20,000 nucleotides of DNA, taken from Lama guanicoe. Its lineage: Eukaryota. Of the stretch, positions 10,263 through 20,000 are shown piece after piece. The stretch covers positions 3,600,380 through 3,620,379 of the forward strand of contig MU054212.1 of the NCBI GenBank assembly GCA_013239625.1. The letters are read 5' to 3'. Under the pieces are notes generated by a model. It was not told the DNA's origin. It ran no database searches and saw only the letters and a list, made by a program, of their open reading frames with translations. A program made the position numbers and the translations under genes. How positions within the stretch are numbered: the stretch's first letter is position 1; each line of letters starts with the position of its first letter.

Positions 10263-11374
10263 CCTACCCTCCTCCTCCAAAAAAAAAACCTCTTGAGTCC
10301 ATCTGAAGATTTGACTAACTGTTGATGTGTGTGTCTATCATGTGTTAATCACTCAAGCAAAATTTGAGTTTTGCACTCCATAAATTCTGGAAGAATTTAA
10401 CTAATTAAAAAATTTTAATTCCTAAATTCTGTATTATTCTGCCTGAGATAGCATGGCCCATTCATCAGTTTTCTTTTTTTTTTTTTTGTTCTAATTTTAC
10501 TGTCCTCAAGGTGCTACATGTCAACAGCCTCAGTTATTGTTTACCTAAGAATAAAACTCAAGCTAACGTTGGTCTTTTGGCTAGGCACAGAGGGCTCCAC
10601 TGCTGAATAGGAAGTATAGTTGATGGATAAAACATCTAGACTTTTTTTCCATTTGTTGGAAAAGCTAATCTTCAGATAGATTTCTCAGCGAAGGTAACAG
10701 CTTGCCTTGACAACTCGCTGAGCACAGTATCATCATTTCACACAAAATATATGGCAGGCATTAATTTTCAGTGTCAGATCAATTCATTGACCACAACTAT
10801 CAAGAGCACAAAGAGACTGGACAATTAATTCCTTTTTGACATGAAATTACTATATAATGGAACTGCAACCTTCACTCTTTCTCCAACCAATTGTCTGATA
10901 CTCTGCTTTCAGAGGTCACGGAAAGCCCGGTGCAGAAAACCTTTGACCAAAACTCTTGTCATGTTTCTAGACTCGCTTGCTGATTGACTCATAGCAAATC
11001 ATTGCTTTCTTTTTAAATGCTTCCCCCATCCTTCTAAAAGTGCTACTTCCGAAGTACAAATATTAGAAACGCATGAATTTAATTCTACTCTTCCTCACCC
11101 CTCCCCTGTAATTGGGTTGATCACATTTTTATTTACATGAGTGTGTCTGCATTATTTGTGCATAAACTGATATACATATATATTTTTTTAATTTGTCTTT
11201 TGCTGGTTCCTATCAGAGGTAGTCTCTTGAGTCCTGGGGTCTGGTATCCTGAAGTTTACCTTGAGTGTGAATTTGACACCTGATCATTCAGAAGATTTCA
11301 ATTTTAAGATACCACGTTGTTTTTTCACAGCCAGATAAGACTATTAAATGGCCTTTCCCACACCACACCCCCCT

Positions 11375-11440
11375 ATATATCTAGCTTAATGCCTGCCATG
11401 TAGTGGGCATTCAGTGAGTACTTGTTAAGCTAATGAATTA
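11375..11440 (+). mobile_element. L2 3' terminal fragment
   Basis: ctagcttaatgcctgccatgtagtgggcattcagtgagtacttgttaagctaatgaat resembles the L2 end (ctagcacagtgcctggcacatagtaggtgctcaataaatatttgttgaatgaat). Confidence 0.55.
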
Positions 11441-11637
11441 GTTCCTTTTAAAGACATTGTGGCAACGTCTCATTTACATGAATTGATCCAGCAAGTGGAG
11501 AGCAGATTGTATTTGTCAATGTTAGTCATGTCCACTTCCAGTTAACAAAGGTGCTTTTATGTATTCCTGGGAACGCTGAAGCAAAGGGCGACATTCCATT
11601 CTGCAGAAACTAAGGGGCACTAAGACGAAAGGGAGCT

Positions 11638-11830
11638 TGGCATAGGGATTGAGGGCGTGGACTCCAGCGCTGAAACGCCTGGGTTTGAGACCTGACTTTG
11701 CTCTGGGACCTTGGACAAATCATTTAAATTCTTTGTTTAAAGGAAGTGTTAACAGTAGCAACGCCATAGGCTTAAAGGGAGAGCATCAGATGAGTTAAAG
11801 CAATTAAAACAGTTCGTGACACAAAGCAAG
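11638..11830 (+). mobile_element. MIR SINE (diverged)
   Basis: tggcatagggattgagggcgtggactcc...cctgggtttgagacctgactttgc...gaccttggacaaatcatttaa...atgagttaa matches the MIR 5' tRNA-derived part and core. Confidence 0.7.
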
Positions 11831-12036
11831 ATTGTGAATCAGGGAAGGTAGAGTATCTCTATTATTGGTCTCCAAAAATGTCACTTCCTCACTTAGTTTT
11901 CTTTTCTTTTTTTTTTTTTGTTAATTGTTCTTCTTTCCTTTCTCAGCTCATTGAGCTTGAATCCAAGTATCAAAATAAATCAAAATACTTTTAAGTATAT
12001 TTGCCCTCCTAGCTGATATTTAAAAGTAAATGACAA

Positions 12037-12528
12037 AGCAACCTATATGTCCATCGACAGATGACTGGATAAGCAAGCTGTGGTATGTTTATACAATGGA
12101 ATACAACTCAGCCATAAAAAAGAATGAAATTAAGTCATTGGCAGCAACATGGATGGACCTGGAGATCGTCACACTATGTGAAGTAAGCCAGAAGGTGAAA
12201 GAAAAATACGGTATGACATCACTTACATGTGGAATCTAAAGAAAGAACACAAATGAACTTACTTACAAAACAGAGACAGGCTCACAGACATAGAAAACAA
12301 AGTTACGGGATAAATTGGGAGTTCAGGATTGGCAGATACTACTATATGTAAAATAGATAAACAGCGAAGTCCTACTGCAGAGCACAGGAAACTGTATTCA
12401 ATACCTTGCAATAGCCTATAATGAAAAGGAATATGAAAAGGAATATATATTAACGTATAATTGAATCACTATGTTCTACACCAGAAAGTAATACAGAATT
12501 GTAAATCAACTGTACTTCAATTTTTAAA
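12037..12528 (+). mobile_element. 5'-truncated lineage-specific (cetartiodactyl/camelid-type) LINE-1 3' end with 15-bp TSD
   Basis: Encodes the ORF2 C-terminus (KQPICPSTDDWISKLWYVYTMEYNSAIKKNE...WMDLEIVTLCEVSQ, ORF 12030..12239). The 3' UTR includes caaatgaacttacttacaaaacagagacag...gggataaattgggagttc...tgtaaatcaactgtacttcaattt. TSD aaaagtaaatgacaa (12022-12036) / aaaagcaaatgacaa (12529-12543) at a TT/AAAA endonuclease site. Confidence 0.95.
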
Positions 12529-13410
12529 AAAAGCAAATGACAATCAGTTTCCCGCTATTACAGATTCTTCTGGAAAATCCCTTAGGATGCTCTGTGCTGA
12601 GTACTGACTCCATGACCTTGCAGGATGCCCAGACCCAGGAGTGCTCAGATGCCTGCAGGCAGTTCTGAGTGTCTCCTGTCACACTTGTCCTGAGAACAGC
12701 AAGAGCCCCTGCGTTCACATGGTGAGACAGACGCCGTGCTGAGTGCTCTGTGCGCTGATATCCCCACGCACCCTGACCAGGACGGAGCAGTGTCACCCGA
12801 CAGGACGCAGTATAATTGTGCAGCTCTGGAACACCCAACCACTCTGCCTGTAGCAAAATGTCTGAGGACATTAAGGGGCTAGTGGGTAAACTAGCTTCAA
12901 ACAGCCCACATTAGGCTGCTGACAATTCCAGGCTGTACCCAGTTTCCCACTGGTTTCATGACTTCTGGTGTACGCCCCTCAGTAGAGCTCTTTGACCCTT
13001 GGTGTCCCAGGAATTCTGTCCCTTCAAATTTCAGCTTCCTTAGACTTAGATCCAACCATCCCTTCTGAACTCACCTTCAGCTTCAGCTCTTTGATTGATG
13101 TATCAACAAACCTTGGTCTGAGTCCATCAGCCACTGACCAAGACCCCTGCCCTACAAACGGGTGACACCGCTCAGGGCCCATGATAAGGGAAATTACTGA
13201 TCCACATAGAAAGCATTTAGATTAGAATTCAGATTCAGAATATTTAACCCAAACTGGGTTTTTTAACCTGGACAGGTCTCCTAAAAATTTATTTATTGTC
13301 CCTCTGGCCACAGTCCAAAAATTTCACCATTTAAGATTTAATTCCTTAAAGTCTTAAAAGTGCTCTATTTTTTTAATCTAAAAGACTCTGAGTTTCTAGA
13401 AAAGCAGCTC

Positions 13411-13450
13411 CCTCAGACCATTTGTGCAGCCCTCAATACCATTTGTGCAG
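13411..13450. repeat. Two-copy ~20-bp tandem duplication
   Basis: cctcagaccatttgtgcagc / cctcaataccatttgtgcag share accatttgtgcag. Confidence 0.75.
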
Positions 13451-13479
13451 ATCACCAGACACATAAATGTGAGACTCTA

Positions 13480-13672
13480 GGACTTTATTGTATTTAATCT
13501 TATGATCTTATCTATCATATTTAATCTGCAAATTAAATCTGCAGACCACACTCACAACAATCTCAAAATGAAGAAACTGAGGTTCAGAGAAGACCACATA
13601 GCTTTCGGGTACCCAAGAAGTAGATGTGACTCATCCTAAGGCCATCCCCATTGTATTTCCACATTATCTGCT
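13480..13672 (-). mobile_element. MIR fragment
   Basis: tatttaatct...aaatgaagaaactgaggttcagaga...ccacatagct matches the antisense MIR core. Confidence 0.55.
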
Positions 13673-16600
13673 CAACTTTGGTTAACATAAATTTACTGAT
13701 TTTAATTTAAAAGTTTGGATTTGCCTGAATAACCTTTTATACTTACTGTTTTCTCTCTCCACCTAGTTGTTTTGATTCTGTACAGACATCGACCCTGTTC
13801 ACCAGTTAATTTCAAAGGCTTTTAAATGTCAGGAGTTGAGCTGAGATTTTGTGACTCTCCAGCCTCTGAACAGGTCATTAGTCTAAAGCACTCTTTAGGC
13901 CAACCCATCAGCCCCTCGTGACTCCATATGCCAGTTAAACAGATGCCCACCCTTGATAATATCTACTTAAAACCCACAGAGTAAATCTTATAAGTAGCTC
14001 TGCAGATTTGGCTATTGAAAGACTAATGGGTCCATATAAAATAATCTTCTTCCAACTTCTGGGTTTAGGAAAGCCCTAAAAACAAATTAACTTTAATATT
14101 TTTCCAAGGTTTGTTAACCTTGCTCGCTCAACAGCTGCTCTGCTTTGATAATGAAAGAGAAACGAAGCCATAATGGCCCTAAGGTTGCCAAAATTGGGGG
14201 GGTGAACAAGCTTTCTGCACTCTTCAGAACATTCCGTCCCCGTGAAGTATGATTGTCAGATTCCAGCCGTCTCAGGACATCTACCTCTCAGCGGTGATGA
14301 ATGCCACAGACAGACAGCAAATAGGACTGCAGTGAAATTTAATGTTCACTTTAGATGCTCCAGTTCTTATTAGAAAAGGTCACTCATTGTCCCACTCAGA
14401 TGATTAATGCAGACTCTTGCATCTTTATGGGATATTTCTGCAATCTGCGCTGTCTAAGTGACCGTTTGTTCCTCATTTTAGACCCTACTAGTGCTTAATA
14501 TTCAACATGAATTTAGACGGATGGAAAAATGCCACTTTACAGGTTTCCGTAGCTTGCCTTTTTCTTTTTAAAGCTGAAATATGGGGTCCAAAGAAAGCAC
14601 GAAGTCCATTTTCATCAAATTTCCCATAGCAGTTTCCCTTAAATGTAAGCTTAGCATAATTACTGTAATAAACAAGCCCCTTTTCGGTGGTACTTGGAAA
14701 ATGCAAACCAGGACTATTTTCTTTCAGAAGCTGATTATTTAAATTCTGCCAGACCAGTGGTAGTGGCAACAATCCGTTCTCATTTTTTTATATTAGAAAA
14801 AGCAAAATTTCTTAAAACAAATTCGGTTTACTTTACCCGCTACTGAGTTAGAACATGGACACACAATACTACTTGTATTTTTTGAGGTCAGTTTTGTCAT
14901 TTTCTGGGGTCAAAGAGAATGAGGATTTCAGGGTTTTTTTTTTTTAATCTACCTATTCAAAGAATTCTTAAGGACAAAATTTTCAGCATCAACCACACAA
15001 ATTTAAACACTGGCATTTCAGTTTCTCTTGTTTTTGCTATCCTTGCCTCTCTTTTTGGTCTGATTTCTTATTTTCCAAATTGGGAAATCCTGGAAGTACT
15101 AAATGGTTAAAGCCCATTTCTATATAAATTTAACTGACATGACATTCACTTGGCTGTACTAATTCATTACCAGGCTTATACTTTTGCCCTGGAAAATTTC
15201 TGTGGAACCCTGGACGTTGGATGGAGAGAGAATATTTTCCAGATGGAGTTGACCTAGAAGAATTGCCCCATCACTCACATGGCTTTTTCTCTGTGGCATT
15301 TTCCTTCCTCGGCCTCCTAATGGGTTTGTTGTTGAACTGCTGCATGGCTTCTTGATGTCAGTTACATTTCATAACACTACCAAGTTCAATATTTGTAGGC
15401 CAAATTGTTTTGGGTTCTGTCACTAATGTTGGTCACAAAGAACCGATCAAATTGTCAACAGTCAATGTGAAGGAATCACTTATATAGATCTGGCAGAGTG
15501 CAGGTGGAAATGCAGATAGTAAAATAAGATTTTGTTTTCTTTCTACAAGCCAGTCCTGTTTGCCAAAGGGTTAAATCAGTTCACTTTCAGTGTCATTGCT
15601 GGAAGTTGTAACTGGTCATGCAGATGAGCCAAAATCTGGTGAGAAGATAAAAATGATGGGTAATAGTGAGCCCTTATTGTGATTTCGTCCTTTTGTTTAA
15701 AACACACAAATAAGACAGGTCCAGCTCAAGATGGCAGAGTAGGAAAATCCTGGACTCACCTCCTCCCAAACCAAAAGTACAACCACATACAGGACAACTG
15801 TCTCTAAGGACAAATGAAGAGCAGCAGAACAGAGTTTTTAATAAGTAAGACATACAGAAAGGGCCACACCAATTCAGTAGGAGGGACAGAGATGTGGTCA
15901 AATCAGAACCCACACCGCCAGTGTGGCAGCCCACAAATGGGATGGATGTCATCACCACGGAGCTCCCCCGTGAGGAGCGAGGGGACCAAGCCCACTTTGG
16001 GGTCCTCAGCCCAGGGCATCAGCACTGGGAACATGAGCTCCCGTAACATCAGACTTTGAAAACCAGTGGGGCTTGCGTCCAGGAGAACCAGAGGGCTGTG
16101 GGAACTAAGACGCTGCTCTCGAAGGGCTCACTCCTGCTTACTCGCTCTGAGGCCCAGCACACAGGCAGCAGCTTGAAAAGCAACTAGGTCCTATGAGAAG
16201 GAGCTTCATTGACTAATTTTGAAGCACAGGCTGGAGAGGCAGGGATCTAGTGCAACTTTCTCTGGGGGCAGAAGTGCTGGTGGGCGTCATTAAAAAATGA
16301 TGGCTGGGTGCTGGAGGGTGCCATTTCTGTCATTATCCATCAAACTAGCTAACACCATGCACCCTACCCTGGCATTCACCTGAGAACCAGCCCTGCTCAA
16401 CATGCTGACCATTGCTGGTCCCTTCAAAGAGGCTTCCACTCTGCTCCTCCTGGAAGGAGGCCTCAGCCAGCACCAGCATCCCCTCCAAAGCAGCTCCCAC
16501 TCTGGGGGCCAGTATCACACACCAGCACGCCCCATAATAGTGGTGGCCAGGCCTTGCAGCCTGCTGGGCTGGGGCCAGCTCCGCACACCAGTGCACCCAC

Positions 16601-16788
16601 AGCAATAGTAGCCCCATCACAGCAGGAGGGCACACAAGGTCTACCCCTGGAGCACCAGGCTCTAGTGACCGAGGAGATTGCACCATTAGGCCCCAAAGGA
16701 CATCATTTCCTTAAGGCCACTCTTTCAAGACCAAGAAACATAATTTATACACCTAATAAAGAGAAGCAAACACAGAGAGTTAGGCAAA

Positions 16789-17659
16789 ATGAGGAGACAA
16801 AGGAATACCTTCCAAATGAAAGAACAAGACTAAACCTCAGAAAATAACAAAATGAAGTAAAGTTAAGTAATTTACAAGACAAAGAGTTCAAAGAAATAGT
16901 CACAAAGATGTTCACAGAACTCTGGAGAAGAATGGATGAACTCAGTGAGAACCTCAACAAAGAGGAAGTATGAAAAAGAACCAATCAGAACAGAAGCATA
17001 CAATAACTGAAATGAAAAATACATTAGAAGGAATCAATAACAGATTAGAGGATGCAGAGGACAAATGAATCAGTGATCTGGAGGACAGGATAGCGGAAAT
17101 TACTCAATTGGAACATCAAAAAGAAAAAAAAATCTAACAAGGATAGTTTAAGAGACTTCTGGAATCACATCAAGAATACTATCATGAGAATTATACGGGT
17201 CCAAGAAAGAGAAAAGACAGAAAGGGACAGAAAATCCATTGGAAGAAATAATGGCTGAAAACTTCTCTAACCTGGTGAAGGAAACAGACATCCACCTCAA
17301 GGAAACACAGAGAATCTCAAGCAAAATGAATTAAAACAGACCCACGCCAAGACATACTGTAATTAAAACACTGAACGTTAAAGCGAGAATCTTAAAAGCA
17401 GCAAGAGAAAAACAACTAGTTACAAACAAGGGAACTCCCATAAGACTATGAGCTGATTTTTCAGTAGAAACTTTACAGGCCAGAAGGCACTGGCATGATA
17501 TATTCAAGGTACTGAAAGGAAAAGACCTTAAAACCAAGAACACTCTCCCTGGCAAGGTTACCATTCAGAATTGAAGGCCACATAAAAGTTTCCCAGATAA
17601 GCAAGAGCTAAAAGAGTTCTAAACTTGTCTTATGAGAAATATTACAGGGACTTCTTTAA
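16789..17659 (+). pseudogene. L1 ORF1p (RNA-binding/chaperone) remnant with stops and frameshifts
   Basis: Starts ATG AGG AGA CAA AGG AAT (MRRQRN...QMKEQ). Contains IMAENFSNL, RPTPRH, ILKAAREKQLVTNKGTPIRL*ADFS and LQARRHWHDIFKVLK motifs, and ends GGA CTT CTT TAA. Confidence 0.9.
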
Positions 17660-17730
17660 ATGGAAATGAAAAGGCCATAACTAGAAATAAGAAAATTATG
17701 AAAGAAAAAGAAAACTCACAGGTAAAGGTA

Positions 17731-19912
17731 AACTAAGAGTTGGTTCTTTGAAAAGATAAACACAATGGATAAACCTTTAGCATGATCTATTAAGAAAAAA
17801 GAGAGGATGGGTCCAAATAAATAAAATCAGAAATGAAGAGAGTAGTTACAACCAACACCACAAAAATTCAGAGGTTCATGAGAGATTACTGTGAACAGTT
17901 ATACGGCAACAAACGGATAATCTGAAGAAATGGATAAATTCCTAGAAACACACACTCTTCCAAGACTGAATCAGGAAGAAACTGAAAATCTGACCAGATT
18001 GATCACTCATAATGAAATCAATACAGTAATTAAAAAACTTCCAACAAACAAAGTCCAGGACCAGTTTCACAAGTGAAATCTACCACACATTTAAAAAAGA
18101 GTTAACGCCTATTCTTCTCAAACTATTGCAAAAAATTGAAGAGAAAGGAATGCTTCCAAACTCATTTCATGAGGCCAACATTACCCTGATATCAAAATCA
18201 GATGAAAGACACTACAAAAAAAAAAAGAAAAGAAAATGACAGGCCAATATCCCTGATGAACACAGATGCAAAAATCCTCAACAAAATATTAGCAAACTGA
18301 ATTCAGCAATACATTAAAAGGACCACATACCATAACCAAGTGGGATTTTTTCCAGGGATGCAAGAATGGTTGAATATCTGCAAATGAATCAACGTGACAG
18401 GCCACATTAACAAAACAAAGATTAAAAAACGTACGATCACCTTAATAGATGCATAAAAAGATTTTGACAAAATTCAACATTTATTTATGATTAAAACTTT
18501 AAGCAAAGTGAGTATAGAGGAAACACACCTCAACATAATGAAGGCAAAATTTAACAAACCCACAGCTAGCACAGAATGCACTGGTGAAAAGCTGAAAGCT
18601 TTTCCTCTAGGATCAGGAACAAGACCAGGATACCCACTCTTGCCACTTTTATTCAACATAGTATTGGAACCTATAGCCACAGCAATTAGGTAAGAGAAAG
18701 AAATAAAAGGCTTCCAGATTAAAAAGGAAGAAATAAAACTCACTATTTGCAGATGACATGATACTATATATAGAACACCCTAAAGACTCCACAAAAAATT
18801 ATTTTAAAAAAATTAATAAATGCAGTAAAGTTTCAGAATACAAAATCAATATACAGAAATCTGTTGCATTCCTATCTCTATGTTAATAATGAACTATCAG
18901 AAAGAGAAGTTAAGAAGACAATCTCATTTACAAGTGCATCAAAAAGAATAAAATACCTAGGAACAAATTTAACCAAAAAGGTGAAATACCTCTACTTTGA
19001 AAACTATAAGCCTTTGATGAAAGAAATTGAAGATAACACAAATAAACGGAAATATATACTGTGCACATGGAGTGTTAAAATGTCCATACTAGCCCAAGCA
19101 ATCTATAGAGTCAATGCAATGCTTATCAAAATACCAAGAGCATTTTTCACAGAACTAGAAAAAAAAATAACCCTAAAACCTGTATGGAATCACAAAAAGA
19201 TTCAAATAGCTAAAGTGATCTTAAGAAAGAGGAACAAAGCTGGAGGTTTCATGCTCCCTGATTTCCAACTATATTACAAAGCTATAGTAATTAAAGCTGT
19301 ATGGTACTGGCACAAAAACAGACACTAGATCAATGGAACAGAATAGAAAGCCCAGAAATAAACCCACACTTTCAAGGTCAATTACTCTATGAAAAAGGGA
19401 GGCAACTATATACACTGGAGAAAAGGCAGCTTGTTCAATAAATGGTGCTGAGAAAACTTGACAGATACATGCAAAATAATCAAACTGGACCATTTTCTCA
19501 CACTGTCTATAAAAATAAACTCAAAATGGTAAAGACTTAAACACCAGACTTAAAACCATAAACTAGAAGAAAACATAGGCAGTATGCTCTTTGACATCAG
19601 TTTTAGCAATACTGTTTTCAATGTTTCCTCAGTCAAGGGCAACAAAAGCAAAAGTAAACAAACAGGACTACATCAAACTAAAGAGCTTTTGCACAGTGAG
19701 GGAAACTACCAGCAAACCAAGACAGCAGCCTACTGAATGAGAGAAGATACTTGCAAACATATCTGATGAGGGGTTAACATCCAAAATATTCAAAGAACTA
19801 ATTCAGTTCAACATCAAAAACAAACAAACAACCTAATTTAAAAATGGGCAGAGGACCCGAACAGACATTTTGCTGTGGAAGACATACAGATGGCCAACAA
19901 ACACATTAAAAG
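17731..19912 (+). pseudogene. L1 ORF2p remnant (linker, Z region and reverse transcriptase), disrupted
   Basis: Begins at TKSWFFEKIN. Contains RPISLMNTDAKILNKILAN, QVGFFPGMQEWLNI, GTRPGYPLLPLLFNIVLE, catalytic FADDM (18746-18760), [10 protein letters not shown] and [18 protein letters not shown]. Stops at EDIQMANKHIK, before the Cys-rich C-terminus. Confidence 0.95.
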
Positions 19913-19991
19913 TTGCACAGCTTTATAAATAAAAGAATAGTCACTCTATACTTGTATAATATAGGAGTGAATTGTATGTTGTGTGGCTATC
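19911..19991 (+). mobile_element. Short, diverged L1MB7/8-like 3' terminal fragment
   Basis: agttgcacagctttataaata...gtgaattgtatgttgtgtg resembles the L1MB end (ggttgcacaactctgtgaata...gggtgaattgtatggtatgtgaattatatc). Confidence 0.45.
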
Positions 19992-20000
19992 TTTTTTTTT

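Larger units (their letters stand above)
15714..19915 (+). mobile_element. LINE-1 with 5' UTR, decayed ORF1, internally deleted ORF2 (no endonuclease) and missing 3' end
   Basis: 5' motif caagatggcagagtagg (from 15727) after a TT/AAAA site at ~15697-15702. GC-richer ~1 kb 5' UTR, then A-rich ORF1/ORF2 sequence. ORF-track fragments 18487..18693 and 18864..19328 translate to L1 RT-region peptides. Confidence 0.97.

Noticed and set aside
14488..14772. 94-aa - strand ORF, and an overlapping + strand acceptor at ~14481
   Set aside because: No recognisable homology, and I could not build a consistent exon with both splice sites.
16345..16696. Antisense ORFs (113 aa, 77 aa) in the L1 5' UTR, reminiscent of primate ORF0
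   Set aside because: ORF0 is described for primate L1s. These frames arise from GC-rich, internally repetitive UTR sequence of an old decayed copy and show no recognisable motif.
16745..19493. Hydrophobic - strand ORFs (16745..16984, 17331..17564, 18474..18743, 19269..19493)
   Set aside because: They are antisense translations of A-rich L1 sequence, a well-known artefact, not membrane proteins.
1..20000. CRISPR array, retron/RT-based defence system or other prokaryotic module
   Set aside because: No regularly spaced repeats or operon-like gene density. The only reverse transcriptase is a disrupted mammalian L1 ORF2.

Overview
This is mammalian genomic DNA. It is most likely a cetartiodactyl and probably a camelid, inferred from the L1 3' UTR type and the absence of Alu, Bov-tA, CHR, PRE-1 or Can-SINE elements. 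About 40% of the window is recognisable interspersed repeat: a rearranged ~4.2 kb LINE-1 (~15714-19915), two 5'-truncated L1 3' ends with visible target-site duplications, a solo ERV1-type LTR, an L2 and several MIR fragments. The large L1 keeps its 5' UTR and a decayed ORF1, has lost the endonuclease region, and is joined to an older L1MB-like tail. The only credible coding signal is three frame-compatible + strand exon candidates at the left end (347-436, 790-879, 2143-2163). They would encode a short protein or C-terminus ending in an F-box/BACK-like helix, which I cannot assign to a named gene. A cluster of - strand splice donors just downstream of the LTR hints at an LTR-driven antisense transcript. 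I saw no prokaryotic-type system (CRISPR, operon) and no clearly demonstrable new biological system. Repeat subfamily names come from remembered consensus sequences and need RepeatMasker/Dfam confirmation.
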